The translations under genes were made by a program, and so were the position numbers. Under the pieces are notes generated by a model. That model ran no database searches and was not told the DNA's origin. It saw nothing but the letters and a program-made list of their open reading frames with translations. Shown piece after piece: positions 50,835 through 64,000 of a stretch of DNA of 64,000 nt. The stretch is from Octopus sinensis (lineage: Eukaryota). The stretch lies in the NCBI RefSeq assembly GCF_006345805.1, contig NC_043007.1:1550001-1614000 (forward strand), written 5' to 3'. The first letter of the stretch is position 1. Every line of letters starts with the position of its first letter.

Positions 50835-51902
50835 AAAATACTTCCTTTTTGAAATAAAAAATAAAAAAAAATGTATTCAAAGAGTTCATAGAAATCTGTT
50901 GTTACTGGCAGGTGATTCCTTGTGTTGTATAAAAGATATGGTATTCATGAAGGAATTTAACTTAATACAGATCCAGCTGGAGAGGCTACTTTGCTACATT
51001 GTAGAATTGTCCAAAGACGTTGGCAGAAGTAGCCTGACTAGTATTAAATATCTACTATAATACTACTCTTGTGTATTTCTCTGTCACAACATACGAAGGA
51101 GAAAGGAAGGGGTGATGGTAAACTGGGGACGCAACTCCACCTTTTTTAACTCTCAAAAAAAATTTACCATAATTTTTTTCCATTTTTTGCTATTTTTGGC
51201 TATAACTCTCTAAAAATGCTTTATAGTTATTTCCCTTACAAACCTGAGCAACGCCGGGCGATACTGCTAGTATATATATAAAATACTACAATTAGCCGTG
51301 ATTTTTGACAGCATGGAGTCAGCTAGTAAATAATAATAACGTTAGAAGTATTCATTTCTTCATCGTTTTTTTTTAAACGCTAACTTGAAATTTTGATGCA
51401 AGTTTTTAATTCAGATGGCTCTAACTCATTAGTATTTAAACTGGTCATATCCGGCCCTGGCCAGATCTGGTCTCTCACACCTACTCTACAATGTCATTCA
51501 AAAATAAACAACCACATCATCTAAATCTTGAACCTACAAGATACTGCATGATTAATTGAAAACCGTGTGAACAAATAAGCATGACGTTTTCAGAGTCACC
51601 TGCATGATTAAAGATCAATACAGTTTTTACTATAGAACCAAGGAAACTTCCAAGTGGTTTGATATCAAAAGGATTAATGCAGTAAGTGACTGTGTATTAG
51701 CATTAATCAATTGGTACCATATGTTAATCAATGCAAATTGGATTAAAACTCAGCTGCCACAGTGTTTCTTTTAGAGATGAGAATATCATCATGTAGGTAT
51801 GGCTGTGAACTTAAGAAGTTTACTTCATGATTATGTGGGTTTTGGGTTCATGCTGTACTTGTGACAAAACTGTCATCTGAGCCCGAGTTCCTCTCAGACT
51901 CA

Positions 51903-52420
51903 TAATTATAATAATAATAATAATAATAATAATGAAATTATCATATACAGTGCTCAGGTGCACCACAGCTTGTCAGAAAGTGCGTATAAAGCATATGCAG
52001 TAATGTAAAAATGTCTGGAAAGCGAACAACGTATGAGTCAGATACATGCTTGTGTGTGTATGGAGGGGAGAAAATCAGGTGTAGTGTTGGCGAATTTCAG
52101 GAAGCATGGAAGTTTTGAAGGATGCAGTGCTCCGACAACTAACAACTGATGCCGGCAGTTTGTTCCATGCTTCAGCAACTCTCAGCGTGAAAAACTGTTT
52201 CCTGAAGTCATGGGAGCTGTGCTGTTTTCTTACTTTGTAAATATGTCCACGGGTGTTAGATGGGTGGGGTTTGAAAAGGTGCTCAGAGTTATTGTTTGTA
52301 CGATGGTTGATAATTTTATGGGTGCCTACCAAGTCAGCTGCCAGACGTCGGAGTTTCAATGTGTCCATGCCCAGGGAAGTAAGGCGTTCAGGATATGGCA
52401 AATGCCTGATGGAGTGTATT
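51903..52420 (-). mobile_element. CR1-type LINE 3' fragment
   Basis: ORF 52075-52401 reads PYPERLTSLGMDTLKLRRLAADL...TRGHIYKV...RKQFFTLRVAEAWNKLPASVV...FK, the CR1 C-terminal signature. (TTA)n tail at 51903-51931. Confidence 0.85.
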
Positions 52421-53152
52421 CATGAAATTCATTCTTCCAAAACATCCAACCCATGACAGCATAGAAAATGGATGTTATGCAGTGGTGGTGGTGGTGGTGG
52501 TGGCAGCAGCAGCGATGGGGGTAATGCTGTTGTTGTTGTTGTTTGTGTAATGTATGTCAAGAGCCTTTCACCTTTTTATTTTTTTATCCATCATATTATA
52601 TCAGCATCTGTTTTGGTGTTTTTATGCTGGAACCATAGCTTATATGAGATTAATCTGTTAATCTCGTATTTAGTGTTGAAGTGTTCCAATCCCATAAAAG
52701 GGATTTTGTTGTGTTGTTCCCTTGTATTATATGCAGTTCCTTGTGTTGCACTTATTACGGTCGGCTTTAAAAGCCTTTAGTTGTTGCCGGGGCTTTTGTT
52801 GGCTGTGTTTTTTCTTTTTTTCTTTGGTTATTATTATTGTGTTATGCACAAATAAATCATCTATGGAATTAGGGGTCATACGTGTGTGTGTGTGTCTGTG
52901 TTTTATTGGTAGATAACTGCCAAAACACCTTTGTTCCCTGTATCTTGTTCATTCTGATTGCCATAAAGCTCGTTTGTTTGGGGCAAATGAAATCTGTTCT
53001 GGCTAATTGGGAACCCTTTTGTGCGTTGGTCCTCACAATGTTGTGTTATATGTTGAGATATTACCACCACCACCATCACCATCATCACCATCACCACCAT
53101 CTCCATCATCATCATCACCACTATCTCCATCCTCATCATCTCCATCACCACC

Positions 53153-53186
<34 letters not shown>

Positions 53187-53745
53187 TCATCATCACCACC
53201 GTCACCCCCTTTATCATTATCATCACTACCATCATCATTATCATCACCACCACCACCATCATCATTATCATCATTTAATGTATGTTATCCATGCAGTTAA
53301 CTAATTAGCTACTTAAGCTAATGATGTGGATTTGTCAGAAAGTTCTGCTGCCGAGCTATAAGAAGTTTGCTTGCCAACCACATGGTTCTAGGTTCAGTCC
53401 CTGTGCATGACACCTTGAGCAAGTGTCTTCTGCTATATTGCCCCTAGATGACTAAAGCCTTGTGAATGTATTTGGTAGATGGAAACTGAAAGAAGCTTGT
53501 TGTGTATGTGTTTCTCCCCCACCACTGTGTGACCTCTGGTGCTGGTTTGTTTACATTCCCATAACTTAGCAGTTCAACAAAATAAACTGATAGAATAAGT
53601 ACAAGGCTTGAAATAAAAAGAAAAACAAGTAAAAAGCAAGTACTGTAGTTGATTTGTTCAACTAAAACCCTTCAAGGTGGTGCTCCAGCATGGCTGCAAT
53701 CCAGTGTATGAAACAAGTAAAAGATAAAACACATGTAAAATTGGG

Positions 53746-54290
53746 GTAAAGATTGTTTGCCAACATAACATAGCAGTCCTGGTTTAGGACGAATGTTGCT
53801 GTAATTTAGCCCCAGGAAACATCGTTTCCAGCTAGCTATACAACACAATCCGTGCCCTTATATTTTAGAACAAGGGAATCTAGCACCCCCATTCAGCTCA
53901 AAACAACATCTGTTGCTGAATATCTCTTGTTGTGAGATTATTTAAAATAGTAATTTTCTAATTTATAGATCAGTAGTGGTCACTTTGAAAACTATATTTT
54001 GAATGGGAATTTTGAACAAGTATTCTGTGCTGATGAAGGAAAATAATCTGGAAGTCGTGATACACAGATATTGTTTTTGAACTGAGTTGGGGTGCTAGAT
54101 TCCCGTGTTCAAAAATATAAGGACACAGATCGTGTCGTATAGCCAGCTGGAGACGATGTCTCCTAGGGCTAAATTACAGCAACATTCGTTCTAAACCAGG
54201 ACTGCCATGTTATGTTGGCAAACAATCTTTACTCCAAAGTACTGTTGGTGAATATCTCTCGTTGTGAGATTTAAAAATAGTAATTTTCTA
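53746..54290 (+). mobile_element. Second copy of the HHR-bearing fold-back element
   Basis: Inverted arms 53746-53905 and ~54072-54232. Direct repeat CTGTTGCTGAATATCTC (one mismatch) at 53910 and 54242 gives a monomer period of 332. Confidence 0.7.
54024..54068 (+). ncRNA. Minimal type-I hammerhead motif, probably inactivated (GAAA>GAAG)
   Basis: TCTGTG-CTGATGA-AGGAAAATAATCTG-GAAG-TCGTGA-TA-CACAGA. Paralogue of the 6705-6745 motif. Confidence 0.65.
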
Positions 54291-56446
54291 ACATGTAACA
54301 TTATTAGAACATCTTTTAACAAACTCCCCACCAAAAACAAAATAACATCATTAACATTACAAAGAGAATCTATGACAAAACAACTTATGCAAATATTTTC
54401 TTGTCGCCTAAGAATTTATTCTTTACTTACATCTCTCCATGAGTAGATTCAGAAGAATATTTTTTTGGTGTGGTTTTTAATGAAACTAATTCCGAAAAAT
54501 AATCTATTTTGTTTCCATCTTTTCTTTGTTTTTTTTTTTGTTAAGAATGTATTTTAAATTTTTATAACGCTTATGTATTTCACCGTTTTTTTTCTTCTTC
54601 TTGCATTCCTGTATCACTAATCATGATTGGATTTCAATGTGGAATTGATTTATTCTTATTAACCTCCTCGTAACAGAATTTTTCTTGAAATCCTTTCCTG
54701 ATAAACAGCCTCTTCCAATTCTTTATTAGTTGCAAAAACTAAAAAAATAATAAAAAAATACAAAAAATAAATGTAGAGAAATATGTGAAAAAATCTTGCT
54801 AAAAAGCAGAAAAAATGCTTGCTAAAAAATGGTATATTTTTTGTATTTCTTTCATTCGTTTTATGTTTGATCAGAAATTTACTCATAGAACTTAGAGTGC
54901 AGAGTATATTTGGTAAAGGAAAAAGACTCTTGTTATGAACAAACAACTTTGACGCTATTATGTCTTGACAGAATAACCAAAAAAAAAAAGAAGAGATTTT
55001 CAAATATTTTTTAAGCCATAGACAAGAGATATATTTTTAGTCATGTGTTTTGTCTGAACATTTGTTTCATGAAAAGACAGAAAAAAGCTAAAAAAAAAAA
55101 GATAGGTGGAGGAACATTTTGAGTATGATCCTTTTGTCTCGTAAAAAAAGAAAGAAATGAAGAAAAAATATTTAGATGTTGGAATCTTTGCTGTTTTCTT
55201 TGTTAGGATTGTTTTTTTTATTTTGTGTGTGTGTGTGTGTGTAGCACCTTGGGCAAGTGTTGTTCGTCTACTATAGCCGTAGGCTGATCAATGCCTTGTG
55301 AGTGAATTTTGTTCATGGAAACTGTGTGGAAGCCTGTTATATATATACATGTGTTATGTTCCCCCACCCCCCACCCCTCACTGCTAGATACCAACCGTTT
55401 ATTTATGCCCCTATAATTTAGCGATTCTGATCTTTGCAAGCATGGAAAGGTGGTCATTAAAACGGTGATGATGATGATGATGATGATGGGCTTCTTTCAA
55501 TTTCCATCTATCAAATTCCCATCGAAGGCTTTGGTCAGAATGGGTTGTAAATATATGTTTATGTATGAAGAACAGACATATTGTCTCAGAGTAAAGAATG
55601 TTTAACTTTGGAAAAACAAAAGAAGTTAGTTTCACTTGGTATGAATAAAGATATATGGGGAAAAAACCACAAAAAACAAAAACACAGACATTATCATTAG
55701 TGCATAACTGCATAATGTTGGTGCCTGAATAGTGCTGGGTTATTTAACATAGAAACAAGGCAGCATATACGTAACATCTTTGTCTTTTAGAGCACCCAAA
55801 AGAATTTAAAGAATTTAGTGAGCTGAAAATTTGAAATTCAAAATTCAAATTCTATTAAGTTCGTTTTTAATGATAAAAGCCAATTTCCCATTTTCTTTGA
55901 ATGAAAAGATATTTCGCCACATAAAACAAATTATGAAAGAAAATAAATTAATTTTCTTGAAATTATATATTACGTGTCTGTTAATCTATCGCCTGTAGAC
56001 TTTATTGTACGTTTGACAGTAGAGTTTTGAATTAACTAATCTAAGTAAGATGTAATCTCTTAGCAACAATGGTGAAGTTATCAGAAACTCATAAAGAATA
56101 TTCTTTTTTTTAATTAGATACACTCTGTCTATTAATTAAGTCTTGTGATAATTATTGTCACTGGCGAACAGGGATTTATTGTTAAAATATAACCCGTTGC
56201 TTGTAGCATTTGCACTACCAATCTTTCTTTAAACATCTTTCTTTTGTACTTTGAAGTAACATACTGCATTGTAGAAGTGGTGCTCTGTGATCTGAGTTCA
56301 AATCTCATTGACGTTCACTCTGCTTTTTATTTTATTCTTTTGGAATCAATAAAGCAAAAAATTGCAGTCAAAAGCCGTTGATTGGCAAAACTGTAAGAAT
56401 ATTAGTTGAGACACCCATGGTTTATGCATGTGTGTATGTGAGTGCG

Positions 56447-56482
<36 letters not shown>

Positions 56483-57972
56483 TTTCTTTACTACCGACAA
56501 GGGGCTAAACACAGAGGGGACAAACAAGGACAGAAAAATGGATTAAGTCGATTATATCCATCCCAGTGCGTAACTGGTACTTAATTTATCGACCCCAAAA
56601 GGATGAAAGGCAAAGTCGACCTCGGCGGAATTTGAACTCAGAACGTAACGGCTGATGAAATACGGCCATGAATTTTGCCCAGCATGCTAACGTTTCTGCC
56701 AGCTCGCCACCATATGTATATATATAAATGCTCAGTGAGTGCTGTTTTTTCCTTGTACCTGGTCGAGAGAGAAACACCTGTTTGTGTGTATACTTATGTA
56801 TTTATATATATGGGTGTGTGTATGCATATATGTGTACCCACACATTCTCTTATTGAATTGTTTTTATCTATTTTATGTCCTGCTTGTATGTTGTCGTTTA
56901 GAGTCCTTGTTTGTCCGTCACCTCATTGATATTCTCTATATCACTGGTACAAACAGGTGAGCAATAACATGAAATATAAAGTCTTCAGACTTTAAACGTG
57001 CTGAAACGATACTGAGTCTGGTTGCCATGGCCGTTGAGAGGATCTTCATGCCTATTTGTCTTTTGTTCTTTTTGTGTTGTTTCTGTGTTCCTTTCGATTT
57101 TTCATTTATATATGCATGTTTGTACGTCCTTATGTAATAAATGGCCATGTACATGCACGTATCTGTGAGAATGTTTGCATTCTGTGACCAAAGAGCTGAG
57201 TCTAGTGTTGTCTTTTGTCATTTGCCGGTTGACAAATCATCCGGTTGCTAAATGCTTTTGAAGATGTTCAGAATGAAGAGCTCCTTGCAAGGGCTGGCAA
57301 CTGCAATGACATCCAGACATAATAGGATACTTCACTAGTACGTATTCATTTACCACCCACCATTAGAGAAAATCAGATTCAAGAGCGAAAAGAAAGAAAA
57401 AAAATGAAGTAAATGAACATATCCAAAATGTCTACACAAAATGAAATAAAGCCACATTTTTTAGAGTCCATTGGAGCAATGAAATATTCCATTTAAGCTT
57501 TAAAACTGGAACCTTTAACTTCTACTACCTCACAGTAGAGTAAGTTTGCTTGTTAAAATAATCACTCCCTATAAAGCCAGAAGACTTTGTTCAATAAGAG
57601 GAATGATATAATCGCTAACCACATTTTTATTGCATCATAAAACGTTGCCCATGCTAAGCTTCAATATTTTGATGGAGAATCTGTGTTAAAAAAAATATCG
57701 CTGAAGTTATTATATCAGGTGCAATAACGCCAAACAGATATCACATCACAAATTCTGGTTTCGTGTGATATTACATAGATATTACATAGATTAGGGTGGG
57801 TTTTGCAAGAAATGACAAATTTAAAAACAAGCAAGGTAATATTATATCACGGTGACATTTTTTATTTGCAATGTGGCTGTGGCTTTGATCTTACTGTGCA
57901 TGGCACCGTAGGAGAGTGTCATTGTCGTAGCCTCCTCCTTGGGTTGACAGAACCCATGTAATTGGAATTTGC

Positions 57973-58436
57973 GAGGCCAAATTGTATAGAAATATATTTA
58001 CATAAATATACACATATACAATATCTATATATGTGTGTGTGTGTGCGCGTATATGCCTTAAGGACACACGCGCACATGGAAAATGTAATTACATGTAAAT
58101 AGGTACACATCTACATACAAAAAACATGATACATACATACATCACATACATACATACATATATACATACATACATACTAATACATATATAATAATATATA
58201 CTATATATAATTATATAATACACATAATATATAATATACATATAAAATATATAGATATACATATAAGGCCAAATTGTATAGAAATATATTTACATAAATA
58301 TACACATATACAATATATATAGTGTGTGTGTGTGCGCGTATATGCCTTAAGTACACACGCGCACATGGAAAATGTATACATGTAAATATACACATCTACA
58401 TACACAAAAACATGTATACATACATACATACATACA

Positions 58437-58460
<24 letters not shown>
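57973..58460. repeat. ~290-bp imperfect tandem duplication in a microsatellite region
   Basis: AGGCCAAATTGTATAGAAAT...GCGCACATGGAAAATGTA at ~57974 and ~58266. Confidence 0.8.
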
Positions 58461-58497
<37 letters not shown>

Positions 58498-61400
58498 TAC
58501 ACATATATATATATATATACATATAAAAATATATATATATACATATAAACACACTTATATATATATATATATATATAATTATATTATATATATATATATA
58601 TATAATATATACACTTATATATATATAATATATTATAGAGAGAGAGAGAGAGAGGGAGAGAGAGAGAGAGGGAGAGAGGAGAGAGAGGAGACAGAGAGAG
58701 AATCTGTTTATCCATGGTTGTATGGAAATCTGTCAAATCTGCTTTTGCTCACTTTCCAAGTATTTTCACTTACTTTCATGGTTTATGTTGATACATATTG
58801 CACTGAGCCATTATTTTTATGGCCAGATGTCCCTTTTGCTGCTAAGCCCACCTGTTTTTGCATTTGAGGAAGTTTTCTTACCACTCACCCTTGAAAGTGC
58901 AAAGCAACTGGTTGACTTGTGGACAGGGCAGTGACAATAAAAGGCACTGTTTCTCGCGTTTCGATAATGAAAAGTGGTTGCGAAAAATGATAACATGGCT
59001 GTATAAAGAAGTGCCGATCTCTAATTGTGGAAGGAACCTGTGGAAGAGGTAAACTCAGGTGGTGAAATATGATCTTCAGTTGTTGGGTCTCATGAAGGGG
59101 ACAACAAATGACTGAGAATTCTGGGGATTTGTTGTGCTTGGGAAGACATGACAATCTAAGTGAAGTCATGGTTGGCGCCAGAGCTGGTGACACTTTAAAA
59201 GTATCTTTGCTGCTGCCATGTAAAAGACACCTGGTACACTGTAAAGTGGTGGGCATTAGGAAAGGCATCCAGTGATGGAAACTAAGCCAAAACTGGTGAC
59301 TGCAGTTTGGTGCATCTCTCTGGCTTACCATCTCCAGTCAAAGTGTCTAACCCATGCCAGCATTAAAAAAATGGATGTTAAATGCTGATGCTGATATGTA
59401 AATATGTATGTATGGCTGGCTGGATGGATGGATGCATGTATGTATGCATTTATAACACACACACACACACACACATGATGATATGTGTGTGTGTGTGGGG
59501 GGGGTGTCTGTGTGTGTAGTTCATCAGAATCCAACAGGTCCAAGGATGTACTGTGCTTCATTGTCTGCTCTTCTCATGGTTTCTTTAGCTGGTGGCTCTT
59601 CCTAATGCCAACCACTTCACTGCATGGACCGCATGCTTTTTTTGTGCCACCCGCACCAGTGAGGTTACCATGTGGCTTGCAAAGCTGCAAACCCTTGAGA
59701 GACAACTTTACACTAGAGGGCGGGGCAGGGACTAACGTATAAGAAAAGAAATCAGAGCAGAGCATGTTTCTTGTTGTAAAGGAGTTACATGGTTACTCAT
59801 ATTTTAGAAGAGAGGGTGGAATTAATTTAGGTGGAGCCAGGAGGAGATAAATGTTGAAGTATTTGTTTACATTCCTAGAGATTAGTTGTCCAGCAAAACT
59901 GAAACTGGTAGAAGTATCAGACTTCAAAAACAAAAAAAAAATATACAATGGTCAATTTGTTTACCTAAATCATTCATGGCTGTACCCCAGCATGGCTGCA
60001 ATCTATTGAGTCATCATCATCATCCAGTTTTAAATCAGGGTTTTGTCCCTGTTAATGTGGGTGGCTGGATCTATCCCAATGCCATAGCAACTGAGGTAGG
60101 CAGGTGCAGCCCACCCCAAACTATGTGCTGGCCGGTTGGTGCCCATTCTTCTTTGCTACCATGAGGCTTTTTTAGGAGCTGTATTTTCTAAGGGGATCAT
60201 GCCCTTGCTTACCCCCAACCTCAGTTTCTAGACAAGAGTGGTCCCAAGACCAAGGCCTCTACCACGATTTTTAAGAGTGAAACAAGTAAAAGAATTGATG
60301 ATGCTGATGATCTTTTCATTGGATAATCCATTTAAATCTTATTTTGTTTGCATTTGCTAAATCTAGTTTTTAGTCAGACATTTGTCTCCCAGTTTCTTAT
60401 TTTCCCCTGTATACATATAACTTTGGATACACCATTCTTTGGATGATATTCTTCCCCAAACCTGTCCTCACTTGTGAACACACTCTTGTATGTGGTCTCT
60501 GTGCAGCTGACAGGACAAATACGTATGAAGAAGGTTTTGTCTGCTCCGTTGATGGCATTGTTTGACCGCATCAATTTTTCTCTCTTCAAATCACAGCAAA
60601 TAAGGTCTGCAAGATTTTGTTAGCAATTCAAATGAAGTCATTATTGATTCGATTATCAGAAACAGATTATCGGCAAACAGAATCATATTGGATTTCTGTG
60701 AATGCTTCAAAGTCAAGTATTAAGAAGATTTTTGATTTGATAATAACACCTATCACGCATTTATCATTTAATCTACCTCTAATCCTTACCTTAGTATTTT
60801 CTTTCATTTGATGCGGCATGGTCTTCTTTTATCTTACTTAATTCCATCTTGAATATAGAATATATGAATGCTCTATGGATTTTCTAGATTATCAAATTAC
60901 AGAAAAAAAATCCGTTTGATGTTAACTATTTCTTTCACTTGCCTCAATAGAAGTATAAACCGCATTATCTCCATTTTAACTTGATTATGTACACTGCACA
61001 GAGCCGACTCAATTGGGCATGTATTCACTTTGTCTTATCCATCTTCTCGAGCAGCCTGCTATAATGACACTTTGCTTCGTTGTAAATGAATGCCAGTACA
61101 ACCGTATCATTATAAGATACAAATTTCACCAATTTTACTCGGCGCCATATTTTGCAATTCCAAGCACAGCATCGTTGTCATCATACGATGTTATAAAACT
61201 TAGGCTTTGCCTCTTTCAAATTACAGCAATATTCTATTCCAGTATAGCCTCAGTATTTAGTTCCCTCTACTGTTTATATTTTTTATATTTTTTCCTACCT
61301 TTTCTCTTTAAGTTTCAACTATGATTTCTCCATCACATTACTTGAGTTTTTGGCTTTTTTTCCCTTTCAAATGATTGCTCTTATCCCAAATCAGCAGATT

Positions 61401-63051
61401 CTACAATATTTTCTACCTCAGGAATGCCTAGCTATATTCTCTAAACCCGTGTCTCCATTAATGCTTATTATAACATTATGTGTACGCTAACCCTCCAAAA
61501 ATAGCTTAGAAATTCTTCACTTTCTGCATTCTTTTACTTCATCTTTTGTGTCCTCTTTTCCCCACCTCTACCTGCTCTTTATATATATATTCATTGTATT
61601 ACTTATGAATATATGGTATCAGTCCTAATTCCATCACTTGGAATTCAATATTTCATTCATTTTCTAACTGTGTCCGTTCTTTTCTATGTTATGAATGTAT
61701 CGGTGCTACGTGCGGTTCTTGCAATTTGGATAATATGAAGAAATATTTGAGACGTTTTTGTCAATCAGATTCGGTGAATATGTATCACATACCCTCCTCC
61801 TCTTCCTCCTCCTCCTTCTCCTCCTCCTCCTTATCATCATCATCATCATCCACCTACTTTCTATAGAAGCATAAGTTGGATTACTCGTCACAACCCAAGC
61901 CCTTGTCCAACTTTAAGTTCTGAGTTCAAATTCTGCCAGGGTTGACTTTGCCTATCATTTCTTTCAAGGGTTGATAAACTAAGTACCAGCTGAATACTGA
62001 GGTCAATGCAATCGACTTGCCCCACAATTCTGCTCTATCAGGAATGACTGGAGACTAGAACCTCACTCACATAAACTTCCAGTAGCAACTGCCCAACCCT
62101 TGGCTAGATTCATAGCTCAATTAAAAGATGAGTTTTCAAGCCATCCTCAAATTAAATAATGAAATTGGTGTATTACATCAGATAGGATCAAAAGACAGAT
62201 GCACACCTTGTTCAAGATCTGAGACAATATTAAGCCTGCTTCCAAAACACCTCCGGGATTATCCATCACTTTGGTTCTGTATCACTAGAGATGACTAAGG
62301 CTGTTTAGTAGCAAGCTCCGTCCATTCATGTCTTATTTTCATCATCATCATTGTTTAATGTCCGCTTTCCATGCTAGCATGGGTTGGACGATTTTGACTG
62401 AGGGCTGGCAAACCAGATGGCTGCACCAGGTTCCAATCTTGATCTGGCAGAGTTTCTACAGCTGGATGCCCTTCCTAATGCCAACCACTCCGAGAGTGTA
62501 GTGGGTGCTTTTTACGTGCCACTGGCATGGGGGCCAGTCAGGCGGTACTGACAACAGCCTTGCTCGAATCTTTTTACACGTGCCACCGGCACAGGTGCCA
62601 CTGAAGCGACGTTGGTAACGATCACGCTCAAATGGTGCCCTTTTATGTGCCACCAGCACAGAAGCCAGTTGGCTGCTCTGGCAACGATCACGCTCAGATG
62701 GTGCTCTGGCCCCGCAGACCTCGACATATATCTTTCAATTTTCAAAACATACTTCTGCTGATATAGGCTTTTTTTTTGCCGTTCTTTTTTCCTGCTGATT
62801 TCTTTCATTGAATTGCTCTTACCCGGAATTTATTACTAATCAATATTGACGAGCACATTTCTCTCCACATTTTAAACTTTGCATTTCTCATCATTTACGT
62901 ACTTCATTTTAAATTAATATGTTTTGTGGAGTGAAATTGCTTTTTACTTGTGTATATCTGTACCTATCTATCTACGTAATCTATCTATCTATCTATCTAT
63001 CTATCCTTATCTATCTATCTATCCATCTATCTATCTGTTTGTGTGTGTGTG

Positions 63052-63097
<46 letters not shown>

Positions 63098-63193
63098 GTG
63101 TATATATATATATATATATAATATATATATATATGTGTGTGTGTATGTATATATATTTATGTATATATATGTATATATATTTATGTATATATA

Positions 63194-63227
<34 letters not shown>

Positions 63228-64000
63228 ATATGTGTGTGTGTGTGTATATATGTGTGTGTGTGTATATGTTTGTGTGTGTGTGTGTATATATATATACACA
63301 TGTTGTTTTGTTTTGGTTTTATTTTTGTTGTTGTTGTATGTTGCCTTTAAGAAGTAAGAAGTTCACTATAAGCAATTTATTTGAAAACACACAAATCAGT
63401 GATGCAATTACGAGGAGAAAAAAACGGCAGCATTTATTAGAGAACTGCTTGTAATATTGCTGTTCACAGCATTCTGAATTTCCATCTACTTCATATTTAA
63501 CTACAAACTAATGCAAAAAAAAAAAAAATCGAAAAAGAAAATCGTAAAAGAAAAGGAAAATCGAAAAAAATTAAAAAAAAAGGCAAAAAATTGATCGTTG
63601 CCTTTCCCTTCTCCCCCACCCCTATTTTGTTGCTTGAAGAAACGCATGCTTGCTGAGAAAATTCGATATCAGTTTGAAATATTTGAGAAGAGAGGAACCA
63701 TATTTCCTTTTGCACTCATTTAACCCTTTGATGGTGTAAACGATTGTTGACGCTTTTTAGTTAACGACTTTCAAACTTTTTTTTTATCAACCTAATTTTG
63801 ATTTCTAATTATCCACTGTGTTTTTAAGTCTACTAACCTTAATTCAAAAGTCAAGGAAATTATTCTTGAAATCACAAATTTTTAGGTTTCTTGGCCCAAT
63901 TCTTTGTCATCATTGTATTATTAACTCAGTGGTTCCAAACTTAGATATGTTTATATCATCATCATCATCATTTAACATCCGTTTTCCATGCTGGCATGGG

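Noticed and set aside
50971-51060. acAG-IQLERLLCYIVELSKDVGRSSLTSIKYLL* as an alternative last exon
   Set aside because: Weak polypyrimidine tract and no similarity to MON2.
3404-63454. Dozens of YI/HT/CV-rich, poly-H, poly-S and poly-M ORFs in the ORF track
   Set aside because: They are translations of (AT)n, (AC)n and (CAT)n microsatellites, with no splice or homology support.

Overview
AT-rich, repeat-dense eukaryotic genomic DNA. The SINE families and (AT)n/(AC)n/(CAT)n microsatellites suggest a coleoid cephalopod (Octopus-like), which is an inference. Only one host coding exon is recognisable: an 88-bp internal exon of MON2 (35663-35750, +), so the rest of the window is probably two very large MON2 introns. 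These are filled with at least 3 SINE families, RTE- and CR1-type LINE 3' fragments, a mariner relic, piggyBac-like MITEs, Helitron-like elements and microsatellites. Nearly all ORFs in the supplied track are microsatellite or SINE artefacts. The main hidden signal is a set of several families of small non-coding elements (tandem monomers of about 330-350 bp and/or fold-back structures) that carry minimal type-I hammerhead ribozyme (HHR) motifs. These show palindromic helix III, compensatory changes in helix I and a C3-G8/U3-A8 swap in the core. They look like non-autonomous Penelope-like or retrozyme-like retroelements that could produce self-cleaving or circular RNAs. All folding was done by eye and no activity is demonstrated.
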